64,000 bases of DNA from Marsupella aquatica (taxonomy: Eukaryota; Plantae; Marchantiophyta). Shown piece by piece: positions 1-12,030 of the stretch. The stretch lies in the NCBI GenBank assembly GCA_973895155.1, contig OZ316899.1, positions 2,687,455 to 2,751,454 of the forward strand, in the 5' to 3' direction. Each line of letters opens with the position of its first letter. The stretch's first letter is position 1. The notes beneath the pieces are model-generated. The model ran no database searches, had not been told where the DNA came from, and saw only the letters and a list, made by a program, of their open reading frames with translations. Both the position numbers and the translations under genes were made by a program.

Positions 1-3
1 AAA

Positions 4-1333
4 GTGTGGGATCCCCAAGGATTGGAGCAGTTGAAGCAGGATGCTGCTTATGTCCTCTGTGACTTGGAGATATACTTCCCCCCTACTTTCTTTGATGTTA
101 TGACTCATCTCCTAATCCATGTGGTAGAAGAGCTAGGGCAGTATGGGCCAGTCAGTACGAGATGGATGTACCCTATGGAGCGATACATGAAGTTGTTGAA
201 AGGTCATGTGAGAACATACTACAGGCCAGAGGCTTCCATGGCATTGGGGTACATTAAGGATGAGACGTTGGGGTTCCTAACAGAGTACATGGCTGGGTCT
301 GGTGAAGCTATGACAAGAGTTTGGAAATCTGGTGAAGATGATGGAGTGAGTGGCGAGGTTGTTGAAGATGTGGGACGTGCTGTGCAGCCGTCTGTTGCGA
401 TTTGAGACAAGGCTCATTCATATGTGCTGGCAAACACAGAGCCTATGCAACCATGGTGGAGGTGAGTGATTGAATTGACTTGCCTTTGTTGTGATGCTTC
501 TTGTCTATTCCAAGGGTGATCTTAGGTTGTCATGTGTTGTTTAGACCTAACTATGCCTGTACCTCATATTGCAGGGAATATGATATGCAAAAAGTTGCAC
601 ACTCTGGGCAGCAGGATCCCTTCCCACAGTTTGAGCAATGGATTTGGGTGGCAATTCGAGAGCATAGTAGACATCACCCAAATATGGAGAAGGATTTGTA
701 TCTCTATCTGTGCCACCACGATTGTCTATTCTGACCTACAAACGGATGAGAGCTCATGGAAATCATTATCGAGTGAGGGATGAGCAGGGTGACCATTGTG
801 TATCATATGATTGTGGTTTGATATCTGTGTTTGAGCAGAGAACCTCTGAAGAACAAAGGGGGTGGATGAAGATGGGTTACGTGGGGGAGTTGACAAACAT
901 TTGGGTCTTGAATTATGGTGACACAAGTGTCCCTGTAATATTGATGAAGGGAGCATGGGTGAAATCATAATGGCAGAGGCCAAGGGCCACCATGAAGCGT
1001 GATCCTGATGGGTTCTTGTTGGCCAATTTTAGGTCCAGAGTACCAGAATGGTCTGAGCCTTTTGTTTTCCCTAGCCAAGTTGAACAGACTTTCTTTCTAG
1101 ATGTGGAGGGGTCACATGACTGGAGGGTGGTATGCCATAGCCAAGCACGGAACAGGCGGATGGATGGAAGTAAAGTAGAGTTCAGTTTGGACGACCATGT
1201 TGCATTCGAGCATCCTAGTCAGGAGACTGTAGTTCCAACTCGAGCAGGGACCGACTTCATCTCGTTAACATTGAGAGAGACATATGATGAACCTGGGGAG
1301 ATGGAATATGATGAGGTTGATGATGTGCAATAG
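4..1333 (+). pseudogene. CACTA TnpD/Tnp2 transposase C-terminal part (DUF4218 + DUF4216)
   Basis: LEIYFPPTFFDVMTHLLIH...GPVSTRWMYPMERYMKLLKGHVR...PEASMALGY, then GYVGELTNIWVLNY and EPFVFPSQVEQTFF. In-frame stop at 968-970; GT-AG introns likely. Confidence 0.9.
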
Positions 1334-1509
1334 CAACAGCTGGCGATTGGCAAGTATGAGGTTGAGGATGACTACCTGCACAAAGTCACAGAACGGGAAT
1401 TGCTGCCTGGAATGATGTTTAGGATAGTTGGATATGCATGAAATTGATTGATACTTTGAATCTAGTGTGCTGATTCTCCCTGTTTGGTTGTGGGTGCTGT
1501 GCAGAAGCT

Positions 1510-4500
1510 ATGGGAGAAGAGGGTGAAGACATGGAGATAGACATGGGGCTTGGAGAGTGGGGTGAAGAGGAAAGATTGGATATGGATGGAGATCCAGATG
1601 CAGGGGGCTCACAGAAAAATGCACCTGTGCAGGATGCACAGGGCCCTCATCAAGTGCCAGGTAGGTGGGCAGCCAGAGAGAAATCACATAATCCATACCC
1701 TAGAAGGAGCCAGAGTTATTGGCAAGGGACGCCTGATGATTATGATGATGACTATGATGGAGCAGAAGATGGATGGGATGAATATGAACACCCAGAGCGT
1801 GGTAGAGACGGGTACAGAGGGCAATGGAAAGGCGAGGAGGATGATTGGACAAGTAAGTGCCTTGTGCTAGTGATTTTGTGATGGTAGTAGAGATTTAGCT
1901 CAATATGGACTTATCTGATGTCTAGCTAGGGCAAAGAGTTTATCTTACAGGTCCATCAGTGTGGCATGTACCTGTTGGTATGCAGACTCTGATTGGGACA
2001 ATCACAAAAACAACAAAGGCCATCCACGTTCAGATAGGAGGCAATCATTCACAGGCGGGAGAAACGGCGCTAATTCATCAAGACAAAGCAATTGGACAGG
2101 TGGTCCAAAACCATCTATGCGCCAAGGGAGAGGTAACTTGGTCATTGCAGAATTGCTCTGAAGTCCAGTGTATATTTGGCAGCAAAATTTATGCTTCATA
2201 CTTACCTAATGCATCCTGTAAATGTGCAGGGACTCCAGGGAGGTTTGGACAATGCAATCCAGGCCGTGGGGGGAGATCAGGCCGTGGAGGGACCCCAGGC
2301 CGTGGGGGGACACCAGGCCGTGGAGGGACACCTAGTAGCGCTTCAGGGAGTACCAAGGCAGGAGACAGTAACAAATTTGGTAAAGTAGAAGTGAATTCCG
2401 ATGGTTGGATAACTCCCACATGTGATGGTAAGAACCGTTGGCATTCTGACCTAAGAGGAGAAGTATTGCGTTGGTTAGATTTGAGCATTACAGAGTTTAG
2501 GAGTCAGAACAAAGCTGATTGGGCTGCTATCTGCAAGGACATTCTTGAGCGGTGGGACTATGTTGGTAATGATGGTAAGGGCCTAGTTGAAGATTGCATA
2601 TCAGATTATGCAATGAGGATTTTGAAACAAGAGAGGCATAGGTTGAAAAGGATGTGGATAGACAATGGTTCTAACAGGAGAATGCCACCACCCCCATCAT
2701 TGGAACTGGATCAATGGACACGGTTAATCAAAGGGTTCATGTCGGAGGCAGGACAGAGCAAGAGTGAACTGATGTCAAATGCTTGAGGCAAAGTGAAACA
2801 CCTTTTACAGGCTGGGAGAGGAAGTTATGCTCCAGTGAAAGAACAATTGGTAAGGCAGTGCCATGCCTGATAGTAAGCCTCAAACTTATCATCTTGCTAC
2901 CATTATTACATTTTCATTGACAATCAACACTTGGTTTCATTCATATGTATGTTGATGTGGACTGCAGAAGAAATTGACAGGTGAAGAACCATCAGCACAA
3001 GAAGTGAGAGAGGAGTTCATGAAACAAAGGAGTGAGGTGACAAGTGTGACTTCCAAACAGGTGATTATGTTGTAATTATGTATGTTCTGTGACTATTTGG
3101 CCTTGAGCATCAGAAAGAAATGTAATAGGAAGTAAGCAACCAGTTCTTGGGGACAGTTATTTGAGATATGTAAGCTGTGTTATGACAGGGAACTGTTACA
3201 ACTCTCACACAGATGTGTGAACTGTTGAAGTCATTAGAGTGTGGACTCCCTCGAGTGGAAACAAAATTGGCTGATCGTTTGGATATTGTGGAGGCATCTG
3301 TGGCAAACCTTCTTGCATCAGTGGAATCTAATTTCAAGCTTGTGATTGAAAAATTGGGTGGTTCCCAACCAAACAATGAGGGCAACATTTTACAAAGTGT
3401 GCCCTTGTTAACAAAAAAGGGAATTGACAAATCTAACACAGGTATGGAAATGACACCGGCCCATTGTTCGTTGTGTCCTATGTTCAATGTTAGAAGTAAG
3501 TTTTCATGAATTGAGTGAATGGTTTGAATGCAAGAAGAGTGGAGGCAAAGAAGGGCCCTCTAATCAGTAAGCAGAAGGGCAAGAAGGTTGCTGAGATAGG
3601 TAACCTGCTATGATCCAGTATGAATCATTTGATAAGTGCATGGAGTTTGCGAAGCTTAAGCAGGTTGGAGGTAATCTTTTCTGTAAGAACTGGTTGGATC
3701 AACTGGGATCTGAAGTGATATCATGATTGATGTATCAGGTGATTCAAAGAGCAATAATGAAAAAGATGTGCCCAGTGCCTCAGTGACCATAGCGCAAGAG
3801 TTATCAGGTAAGCTGATGCTTTAAATTCCTCTATATGAATGTTGAGAAACAATTCAGTGGTTAATAGATTCAACCTGAATATTGTGGTGTGTAAATTGAT
3901 CAGCAGAAGCAGACATGGAGGATCTGGCAATGGCAAAGAAGGGGAAGAAGGCTGTTCATAATGGTAAGGAGATAGTGACAACTTTGTGGTTGGTGACATG
4001 TACATTTTAGCACATGTGATGAGTGATTGACTTATGTTGGACATGACATTGAATTGTAGTTGATGCAGAGCTGACAGACTCTCAACCAAGTGGGAGCAGG
4101 GTGAAGCGACGTTGAAACTTGGGAGCAACATTGGATGCAAGTAAGATTGTAGATGCTTCAATTGAAGCAAGTACAATGTTGGCAGATACTGAGATGATGT
4201 TGCAGGGAAATCCTGCTACACAATTGGAAGTGTCAAATATGGATGCAGATTCTTTGAAGAAGAGTGTAGCCAATTCTCGATCACCAGCACAAAACACTCG
4301 TGCCAAAGTCATGACTCGCAACCAAGGTATGAATAATGTCATGTATAAGCCACCCAAGAAAGCCAAGAAAAACAGCCAGGGTAAGGTGGAGGTGATAGCC
4401 ACAACAGAGCCAGTCCATAATCTTCTATCATGGGAGGATGACTCACAGGTATGTGTGGGTATAGGCATTTTGCGACCGGATCATGCTAAATTCCACGGCA

Positions 4501-4664
4501 AAGTGGTCCCGGATGACCATGTAGTAGTGTTGTTGAATACATTGATTGTAGTTGATTGTAATTTGTCATTTCCGAATAGAGACGATGATCCACCTCAGGA
4601 AATAATTGCAGATGCAGTAGGATCTCTTGTGCTCTGGCCATCAGAGTGTGTTAGTCTGCAGTGA
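1510..4664 (+). pseudogene. CACTA ORF2 (TnpA-like), multi-exon, with a C-terminal Tnp1/DUF8039-like domain
   Basis: WHSDLRGEVLRWLDLSITEF...WDY segment (1959-2786) and C-terminal VGIGILRP..FHGKVVPDDHVVV...DAVGSLVLWP (4119-4664). Internal stops, e.g. 2784-2786. Confidence 0.75.
2259..2330 (+). repeat. 4 x 18-bp coding tandem repeat (PGRGG[RT])
   Basis: ccaggccgtggggggaga / tcaggccgtggagggacc / ccaggccgtggggggaca / ccaggccgtggagggaca. Confidence 0.9.
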
Positions 4665-5199
4665 CTGAATGCAAGTGTAGTTAGAATCAAGTGTATTGTG
4701 TCACATTTTGACATTGCCTTGGAAAGATCCAAGAAATATCTGTACCAATTTTTCCATTTGGTAAAGAGGATGAAGGAGCCGTTGTGTGTGACATTGATAT
4801 TTCTGAATTCTGTATGTATGAAACAAGTGATTGATGTCAAACTATGGCTCTATGGTGATTGTCTATGATACTTGAATCTGTTTTGTATCATTTCAGTATT
4901 AGTGTGTATGGTATAGAGGAATACTTTGTGACCTTCTTTGTAGTCTATGATGTTTGAATCTGTGAATTCATATTAGTGTACATGGTATAGAAGATGGCTT
5001 TCTGAAACTCTGTGTTCTAATGTTAACATGATGAATGGTGAGCTTATAGAGTGAGTTCATTCCAAGTACACAATAAAACATGAATGGAATGTGTGATTTG
5101 TGCACAAGAGTGAGTTCATTCCAAGTAGTATAGTGGGGTCTTCATCACTCATATCCAGTTGACATGAAAAACTTATACATACCCCACAAAGTGTTTACT

Positions 5200-5525
5200 T
5201 TAGTCATTTTATAAACCCACAAAGTATATTTAAAGACTACCCTCCATAACCTTTTTAGTCGTTCCCAACGACTCACCATCGCAGCCTATAAAAGACTGAA
5301 AACGACTCACCAAAGCTACCCACACAAAGACTACAATAGACTGAACATCTAGTCTATTAAACGACTTACAAACCAGTTCTATAAAGGACTCAGTTGATTA
5401 TAGTAACAAAACATACGACTCGCAGTCATAAAAAGGACTGGAGTCCTTCCCAGTCGTTTCCAAGTCATATACGGTACTGAATAGTTGTTTAATGGGGTCT
5501 AAATACCCCCCAGTTTCTACTAGTG
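5200..5525. repeat. CACTA1 3' subterminal repeats and terminal inverted repeat
   Basis: Clustered acgact/gactac/agtcgt motifs in both orientations, followed by the TAGTG end. Confidence 0.8.
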
Positions 5526-7664
5526 ACAGACATATGTACAACAATCATCTCGTGCTGCAAAGAAGCAATGGGAAGAGAACACAAGTGAGCGTTGCAAGTT
5601 GGGCATGAAGAAAGTTGCAATCACTGTATATTACTTGTGAAAGATCATGTTTGTGATTTATTGTTTGTCCTCTGTTATATTGTTTTCTTATGATGCATTG
5701 TGTGCAGATTTGGGACAATGATGTTGATCCTAGTGATCCATATTGGGCATGTTGGGGAGATGATCTTCGTGCTATGTGTATGGGTAAACTGAATCCTTCT
5801 ATCCGTGAGATTAAGAAGCAAGACTCAGGGGTTCTTCTTCATGTTTATGCTGTGTTGGAGAATAATTGGGACTATCTACAGGGGATTCTGTCAATGAAGA
5901 AGTTCAGGTCTCATTGTTCAGCAGTAATGAAAGTACAACGAGCAAGACTCCACAAACATTTTCAGGAAGGTGGGAGACGCATGGACAAGAAGCCCCCTGA
6001 GAATGTGAAACCTGAACATTGGAAGGCATTGTGTGAGTGGTGGCTGTCTCCAAAAGGGATGTCTAGCATTGACAAGATGAAGTATGCAAGATCTAAAGTC
6101 ATTAATCCATCAAGGGTTGGACAAGGTGGCTACTGTGGGAAGGAGTCTGACTTTGTAAGTATACAAGATTCATTTACAATTATTATGAATGTTTGTAAAC
6201 AACAAGTAGGCTTACAGCATGTGTCTTCCTCTGTTTTAGCAATTGGTATGCAAAGAAGCAAGAAGTTTCATTCTGATATGTTTTGTTTGGTTTCATTGTT
6301 CAGAAGAGAAAAAGAGGGAAAATCCACCTCTGTCAGAGCTACATTCTAGAGATGATATAATTAATCCATCAAGTGTGAGATCTGTCATAGGACAGGCCAC
6401 ACCATCTCATCGGAGAGGCAGAAAGTCAATTGTGAGTATAGTTCACAAGCCCAATTTGTGATTTCCAAATTGCCAGTTAAGTCTATGTGATATCCACTAA
6501 CTTTTGTATGATTGGTGAATGGTTGCAGACACCAATTTCCAAGGCTATGATGGGAGACGATGGTTATCTTATGTTGACTAAAATTGTGGATGCAATAAAT
6601 ATTGGGATAAGTACTGGGATGAGTGTTGGGTTTGACAAAATAGTAATAGTTTTGGCAAAACAGAACTAGAGTGAAGATGTGGAAGAAACCAAATCTGTCC
6701 CAGTTGGGTCAGGACCGTCTTCAATGCCCTCACGAATGAGTTCAGTTCTGAAAAGTCAATCGGGCCTGAAAAGTCATTCAGGCCGTAGTACTTCAGCTAT
6801 GAAACTAGACTTTTTGGTGGACTTGACCAAAGAAGGTATGTTCTTTACAGAGGACAATTAAAGTAGTGTAATGCATGCATGACTTGGATTAGTGAATGTT
6901 TTCTAATGTCTTGAAATGTTTATGGGCAGTTGAAGATGATCAGGGGATTGATGTCAATGCTGATGCGAAATACAATACTGTTGACCCAATGATTGTGAAA
7001 CAAGAGATCAATGAAGAAACAGAGGTGGTATACAGTTTGCCTGCACAGCATGATCAAGCAGGCAAAGTAAGTGGTGATTATTCATATGTTCATTATCCCA
7101 TGAATTTGTAATGTGAACCTAGTAGGGCATGGTTATGTAAGTTGTCTCACCCTAATCTGTTTTGCAGAAGATAATTGAAGCCGTGACACCTGAAGCTATT
7201 TGTACAAAGTCATCTGAAGAAGTCATGCTTGCAGAGTTTCCAAAGTCGGTACCTTCACCCTTTGTCTTGAAGGTGAGCAAAAGTAAATTATTGCTTTCAA
7301 TACATGTCTTATTCATTTATTTCCTGTAACTTGTCATTAACAACCTAATGAAATGATTGTATGAGTCTAATGAAATGGCTGTGTTATCTTGTTGATGTGT
7401 GCAAAATAGTTTAAAGTAGGAGACATGGTGAAATTGAAGTCACCAGTGGATCAGCAGGTGATTGCTATTGCAAAAATTGATGGAGTATGTGGAGTTGATC
7501 GATATTATGACAGCCTAGTTCCGATTGGCTTCTTGATTGTCAAAGCTGTTTCTATTTTGAATGGAGATGCACCTCTCCAAGAAAAACACCCAGAAGGCTT
7601 GGTAGCCCTCAAACATGTGAAGGGGCACCCATTTTTGTGGAGACAGAAGTTAACGAGGAAGTAG
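5526..7664 (+). pseudogene. CACTA2 ORF2 (TnpA-like), multi-exon, with C-terminal Tnp1/DUF8039-like domain
   Basis: WGDDLRAMCMGKLNPSIREIKKQ...WDY aligns by eye with CACTA1 WHSDLRGEVLRWLDLSITEFRSQ...WDY. The last exon VKLKSPVDQQVIAIAKI...KHVKGHPFLW ends at 7664. Confidence 0.7.
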
Positions 7665-8994
7665 GATTTGGTAATTGAGTAGTGCTTGCAATAGAGAATC
7701 CATGTGCTTGAAGAAGTGTATGGGTTCCTATAGGTAGCATGGATACTATTGTGCAACTATAACTCTCAGTTTTTGGATTCCCAGATGTGGATCACTCTGG
7801 AATTTTGTTGGTGTTTGAAATGATGATTTACTAAGTTGTATCATGTGGTGGATTGCATGATCGAGGACTACCATTTCTCTCCTTTTTCTCCACAAAAAGG
7901 ACTTGAGTCCTTGCCATTTTGCATTAAATGTGCAACATATCCCTCAATGGCCAAGATTGAGGATACGTATATCAAAGGCTAGATTTGAACTAGTGAACTG
8001 ATTCCATTAAATGAACTTTTTTGGATTTAGTAGGACCCTAGTAAAGCTTGCACTTGTATCCTCATATAGAGTACTTATGATGTGTTTAATGTCCTCAAGG
8101 CGAGTAGCCGTCGTTTACTTTTCAAAAAAAGGACTCGGAAGTCTTGGAAACCTACAATAAATGTCCTTGCAATCCCCGCCGGCCAGGACATTTTGAAAAC
8201 AAGGACTCCAAGTCCTTCCAACTTTGGCGCGATAGTCTCAACAGTAGTAAGGACTCGAGGACAAAGGGGTATTATTGAGAGTTTTATGCCTGAGCTATCA
8301 AATTTTACGAAGTGTTTCATGGTGGACACCAAGCAGCTTGAGGTCCATAGCCAAAATCAGTAGTGTTTGAGTGTTGGGGCAGGAAGAGAGAGCGACGAGA
8401 AATTGCAAACAAGTAGGTATTTTGCTGCACATTGCAAGATTGTCCATGTCGGCCCGGCCCATTCAAACCATTGAGATAATTACAGCCCGAGAGCTCTTGT
8501 CGTAGTAGAGTTTATTGGCAACAAAGGGAAGCTAGTGGAGGATGGCCAACTTACTTCCAGAAGCAATTTCATTGTTTTTTTCACATCTGAGCACTTTGAC
8601 GGGTCGCTGACATAGGTTTGGTTTGCACATGATCAAACTCTCAAAAATGATGGCTAGCATTCTTTTGATTCCTTAGCTGACTTTTTGATAGACCGTTGTA
8701 TGTACCCCTATCTGTTCGCGTGCTATTAACACGGGATTATCCGTCAGCTGCATTGGTTGGAGTAATGCAACCTTCTAATTCCGTTGTGTAATGCAGGTAG
8801 GCCGAGCGGGCGGTTTGTTTGAAGCCAGCGGAGGAAATTTTACCAGAGTCATTGGTGATTGAATCCAACCAACATCCATTTTCAATCCACAGAAGTCCTG
8901 AGGTAATAATGTAGGTGTTGGCTCGATACGCTTGCTTATACTTTGAGTTTTCGCCACAACTTTCCTCTGTACTAGCGTATTTTTGAATGCCGTC

Positions 8995-11495
8995 ATGGAT
9001 GCCTCAACTGATAATCCAAAAGCTCCTAGAACTTCTACTCTTGAGCTAGGAGAAATGGAGATAGTTACAGTCCCAGACCCTATTCTCCCTCGTAGCAGCA
9101 GAGTCTGGTCCACTAGCAAACCAACCACGTATGCCTCCCAAGCTACAGATCGTGCTTCTCCCAACTCTCCAACTCTTGTAGAGAGTATCAAAACTGCAAA
9201 ACCAAAGACTAAGGTGGAGCCGCCTCTAAAGCCATGGGATCCTAAAGATTATGTGAAGGACGCAAAGTATTTCCATGTCACATTTGGTCTTCCAAATGAA
9301 GGTGTTAATCCTCATAAGATCAAAGACATTTCCAAGGAGCAATTGGCCGAAGTGTTTGGAGAGAAAGACAGGAATGGGTATAAGTTGAGTCTTTGTGTGG
9401 GCCTCCCAATTGAGGAGGTTTTGCAGCTATCCCAAGTTGTGGATGGTTATGATGCACCAGTGAATGGATATATTCTTGTCTTTCACTTTCATCAAAGGGG
9501 CATATGCAGAAAGGATCCAAAGGCGAAAGGTGGACTGGTGTGTGTATGCGGTGTCCAAGCTGAAGGGGCAAATTGCCCAATGGGAGCGAGATGGCAAGGG
9601 TAAGCCAGATGGGCCTCCTTGCGTTAGGAGGTTGCGTCTGTATTCGCCACCAGTGCCTCAGGAATTTAGTGAAGATACTCAGAATCGGGTTAGGAAAAAG
9701 ATTTGTATCAAGCATCGAGCGCCAGGGGACAAAGCTCATCCGGGGACAGCCGATTCAGGAGCGGATTTTGGTAGCAAGGGAAGTGCACACAAGAGCGCAC
9801 ATCCCAAACCATTGGAGGCTGCCCTTTCTGCCCCCGCAACAATGCTTCTCCCTGCCAAGCCTATTTATCCTGTTGTCCCTATAGTGCCAAGAAGTCTTTT
9901 GCTTGCTATTCTGGATGGGCAAATAGTCACGATCAAATGCAGTCTTAGAGACACCCATGAGAGCATCAGTAAGGCTCAGAAGACTATGCAAGACTTGGAG
10001 GCAGCAAACGAGGATCATCCAAGACTCAGCTCTGGTCTGGTGGACCAACTTCAGAAACTACAGCAAGAATTGCAAGATGTGAGAATCAAAGTGAAGGCCG
10101 CAGACACCTTGTATGATGACATGTCAACGGAAATAGAGCTTGAGAAGCTCAAGGGAGAGCAAGATGAGGAGGTACAATGTCAGACCGTATATATACCTGT
10201 CCTGTGTCCATCAAACGATCTGTAGGCTGGATATATATGTTTAGTTGAGATGTTGGATTCAATTTAGCAGGATGAGACATTGATGCATTGACGATGAGCT
10301 GCAAATAATGTTGTCGTGTGCATATCTTTTTTGGGGTGGGCAGGAAAGCTATGTTGTTATCCTACAACAGAAGTTGGAGGAGGGTAACAAGGCCATGGAG
10401 GCTTTGAAGGAATTTGAGTCATTTATCCTAAAGGGGATGGCTACATTTGAGAAGCTCATTGAGACCGGGAAGAAGCGCTTTGAACAGTTACCACACAAGG
10501 TGTCTCGTTTGAAAGTTGTGGAATCACAGTTGGAAGGACATGTGAAGCGTTTGGAGTTGGCTGCAGCAGCTCAAAAGGCTGAATTGTCCATTTTGGAGCC
10601 TGTGTTGTCCAATCCATGTCCAGCATTGCAGCCTCGATTTGTTCCCACATCAACTACGATAGTGGGAACTGAAGTGTTTGTGAGTAATTGTCCAGTTTGT
10701 TGCCACGGGTATCATTGTTTCAATTGGGTTCCAGCAAGTTGTGGCCACGCCTATCATCCGCATTGTTTATTTACCTTGTTGGGGGATAAAACAAGGACAA
10801 GTTGTTGCTTTGCTTGTGGGGAACCCTTTTGTGAAGATTGGATTCGAAGTTGGGGTCTTCCAAAGAGAGCGGTAGACAAGCTACCGTCAGGTGAAGGCTC
10901 CTATATTCAGGATTTGAAGGCAACATGTGGGGCTAACAGTGCCCAGTTGGGCACACGTCATCACCTTTTGCAACAGATGCAGTCCACGCAAGTAGTGGTA
11001 TGTGTATAACCAGACTAGGCCTGCAGGTCATGTTTAGGTAGTTGGACAGTTTGAGTTTTTAGTTGGGCCATTAAGTGAATGTCGTCATTGTGTGTGCAGG
11101 AACAAGCCGAGGTCCAAGCAATAGTGTTGTTGAACAATGTGGACCACACTAGTGTGGTGCATGAACAGGGTGCCCCTGTGGATGAGTCTCCTGAAATGTC
11201 AATGTTCAATTCCACAGCAGCCATCACACTGCATGTGAGGAAGAAACAGAAGCAAGAGAGTGAAGTAGCTAGCAAGGTGACCAGTACCCCATTGACACCT
11301 CTTGAGCTTGGCACCTTGCCCTTCACTCCTGAGTCTCTCTCTCATGTTTCATTCAGGCAATTGTTGAACCTCGTTCAAACTGCAGCAGGAGAAACATCTC
11401 CTCCACAGTCCAGGAGTGCAATCCAATCCCAAGTTGTTCCTCCCACGTCATCAAACTCCAGGAAAAGATTGCAACTTCTTGTGAGAGACCCGTAG
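8995..11495 (+). pseudogene. Cargo gene of the Sola2-like element: unknown N-terminal domain, coiled coil and RING-H2 finger
   Basis: ORFs 8983-9603 and 9464-10225 are joined by a frameshift near 9480. Exon 10308-11009 has C-x2-C-x11-C-x-H-x2-H-x2-C-x13-C-x2-C (CPVC...SCGHAYHPHC...CFAC). The 3' end is uncertain and may extend to about 12490. Confidence 0.65.
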
Positions 11496-11699
11496 CAAAA
11501 GGAAGAAGGTTTTTCTCTGGGTGCTGTAAACTGAATAATATAGAAAATCGTTTTATGTGCAGCAAACTAAATCAGGGCGGAAAACAAGAGCCACTACTGT
11601 GAACTAGTTGTAGAGATCAAGCAGGTAACTATGGGCTTCCTACCTTGTGATTTTCTTTTGTCCTTTATTTGTTTGCCTTTGGTTGTCATTATGGTTTGT

Positions 11700-12030
11700 C
11701 ACACTAGCAGGACTCAGACAACAAGGGCCAAGGAGTTCAAGTCCTTCTTAAGGACTTTCAGTTCTCGCTTGAGCACTTGAAGTCCTTATTGGAGTCATGG
11801 GGCAAGGACTGGGAGTCCTTCGGCCATGACTAGGACTTGGAGTCCTTGGGCAGAGCCCTTGGGAAAGGACTAGTAGTCATTGGGAAAGGACCGGAGTCCT
11901 TGGGCAAGGACACTTAGTCCATCGACAAGAACACTGAGTCCTTGGCTAAGTCCTTTGGTAAGGACTCTAAGGATTTACCAAGGACTTGGAGTGAGGAAGG
12001 ACTTGAAGTCCTTGGGAAATCCTTGCAAAA
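11700..12030. repeat. Cluster of AAGGACT-N2-AGTCCTT palindromic motifs (Sola2-like element)
   Basis: Many aaggact/agtcctt half-sites and full sites, e.g. aaggactgggagtcctt and aggacttgaagtcctt. Confidence 0.85.

Larger units (their letters stand above)
1..5525 (+). mobile_element. CACTA (En/Spm) element 1, 3' part; 5' end outside window; inserted into ORF2 of CACTA element 2
   Basis: TnpD-type DUF4218/DUF4216 motifs at 4-1333, a TnpA-like ORF2, subterminal repeats and a right terminus ...cagtttctacTAGTG ending at 5525 (reverse complement CACTAGTAGAAACTG). TSD cannot be checked. Confidence 0.9.

Noticed and set aside
7985-7995. gaacTAGTG as the 3' end of CACTA2
   Set aside because: It lies inside the Sola2-like TIR boundary and lacks subterminal repeats; a better terminus exists at 32080.
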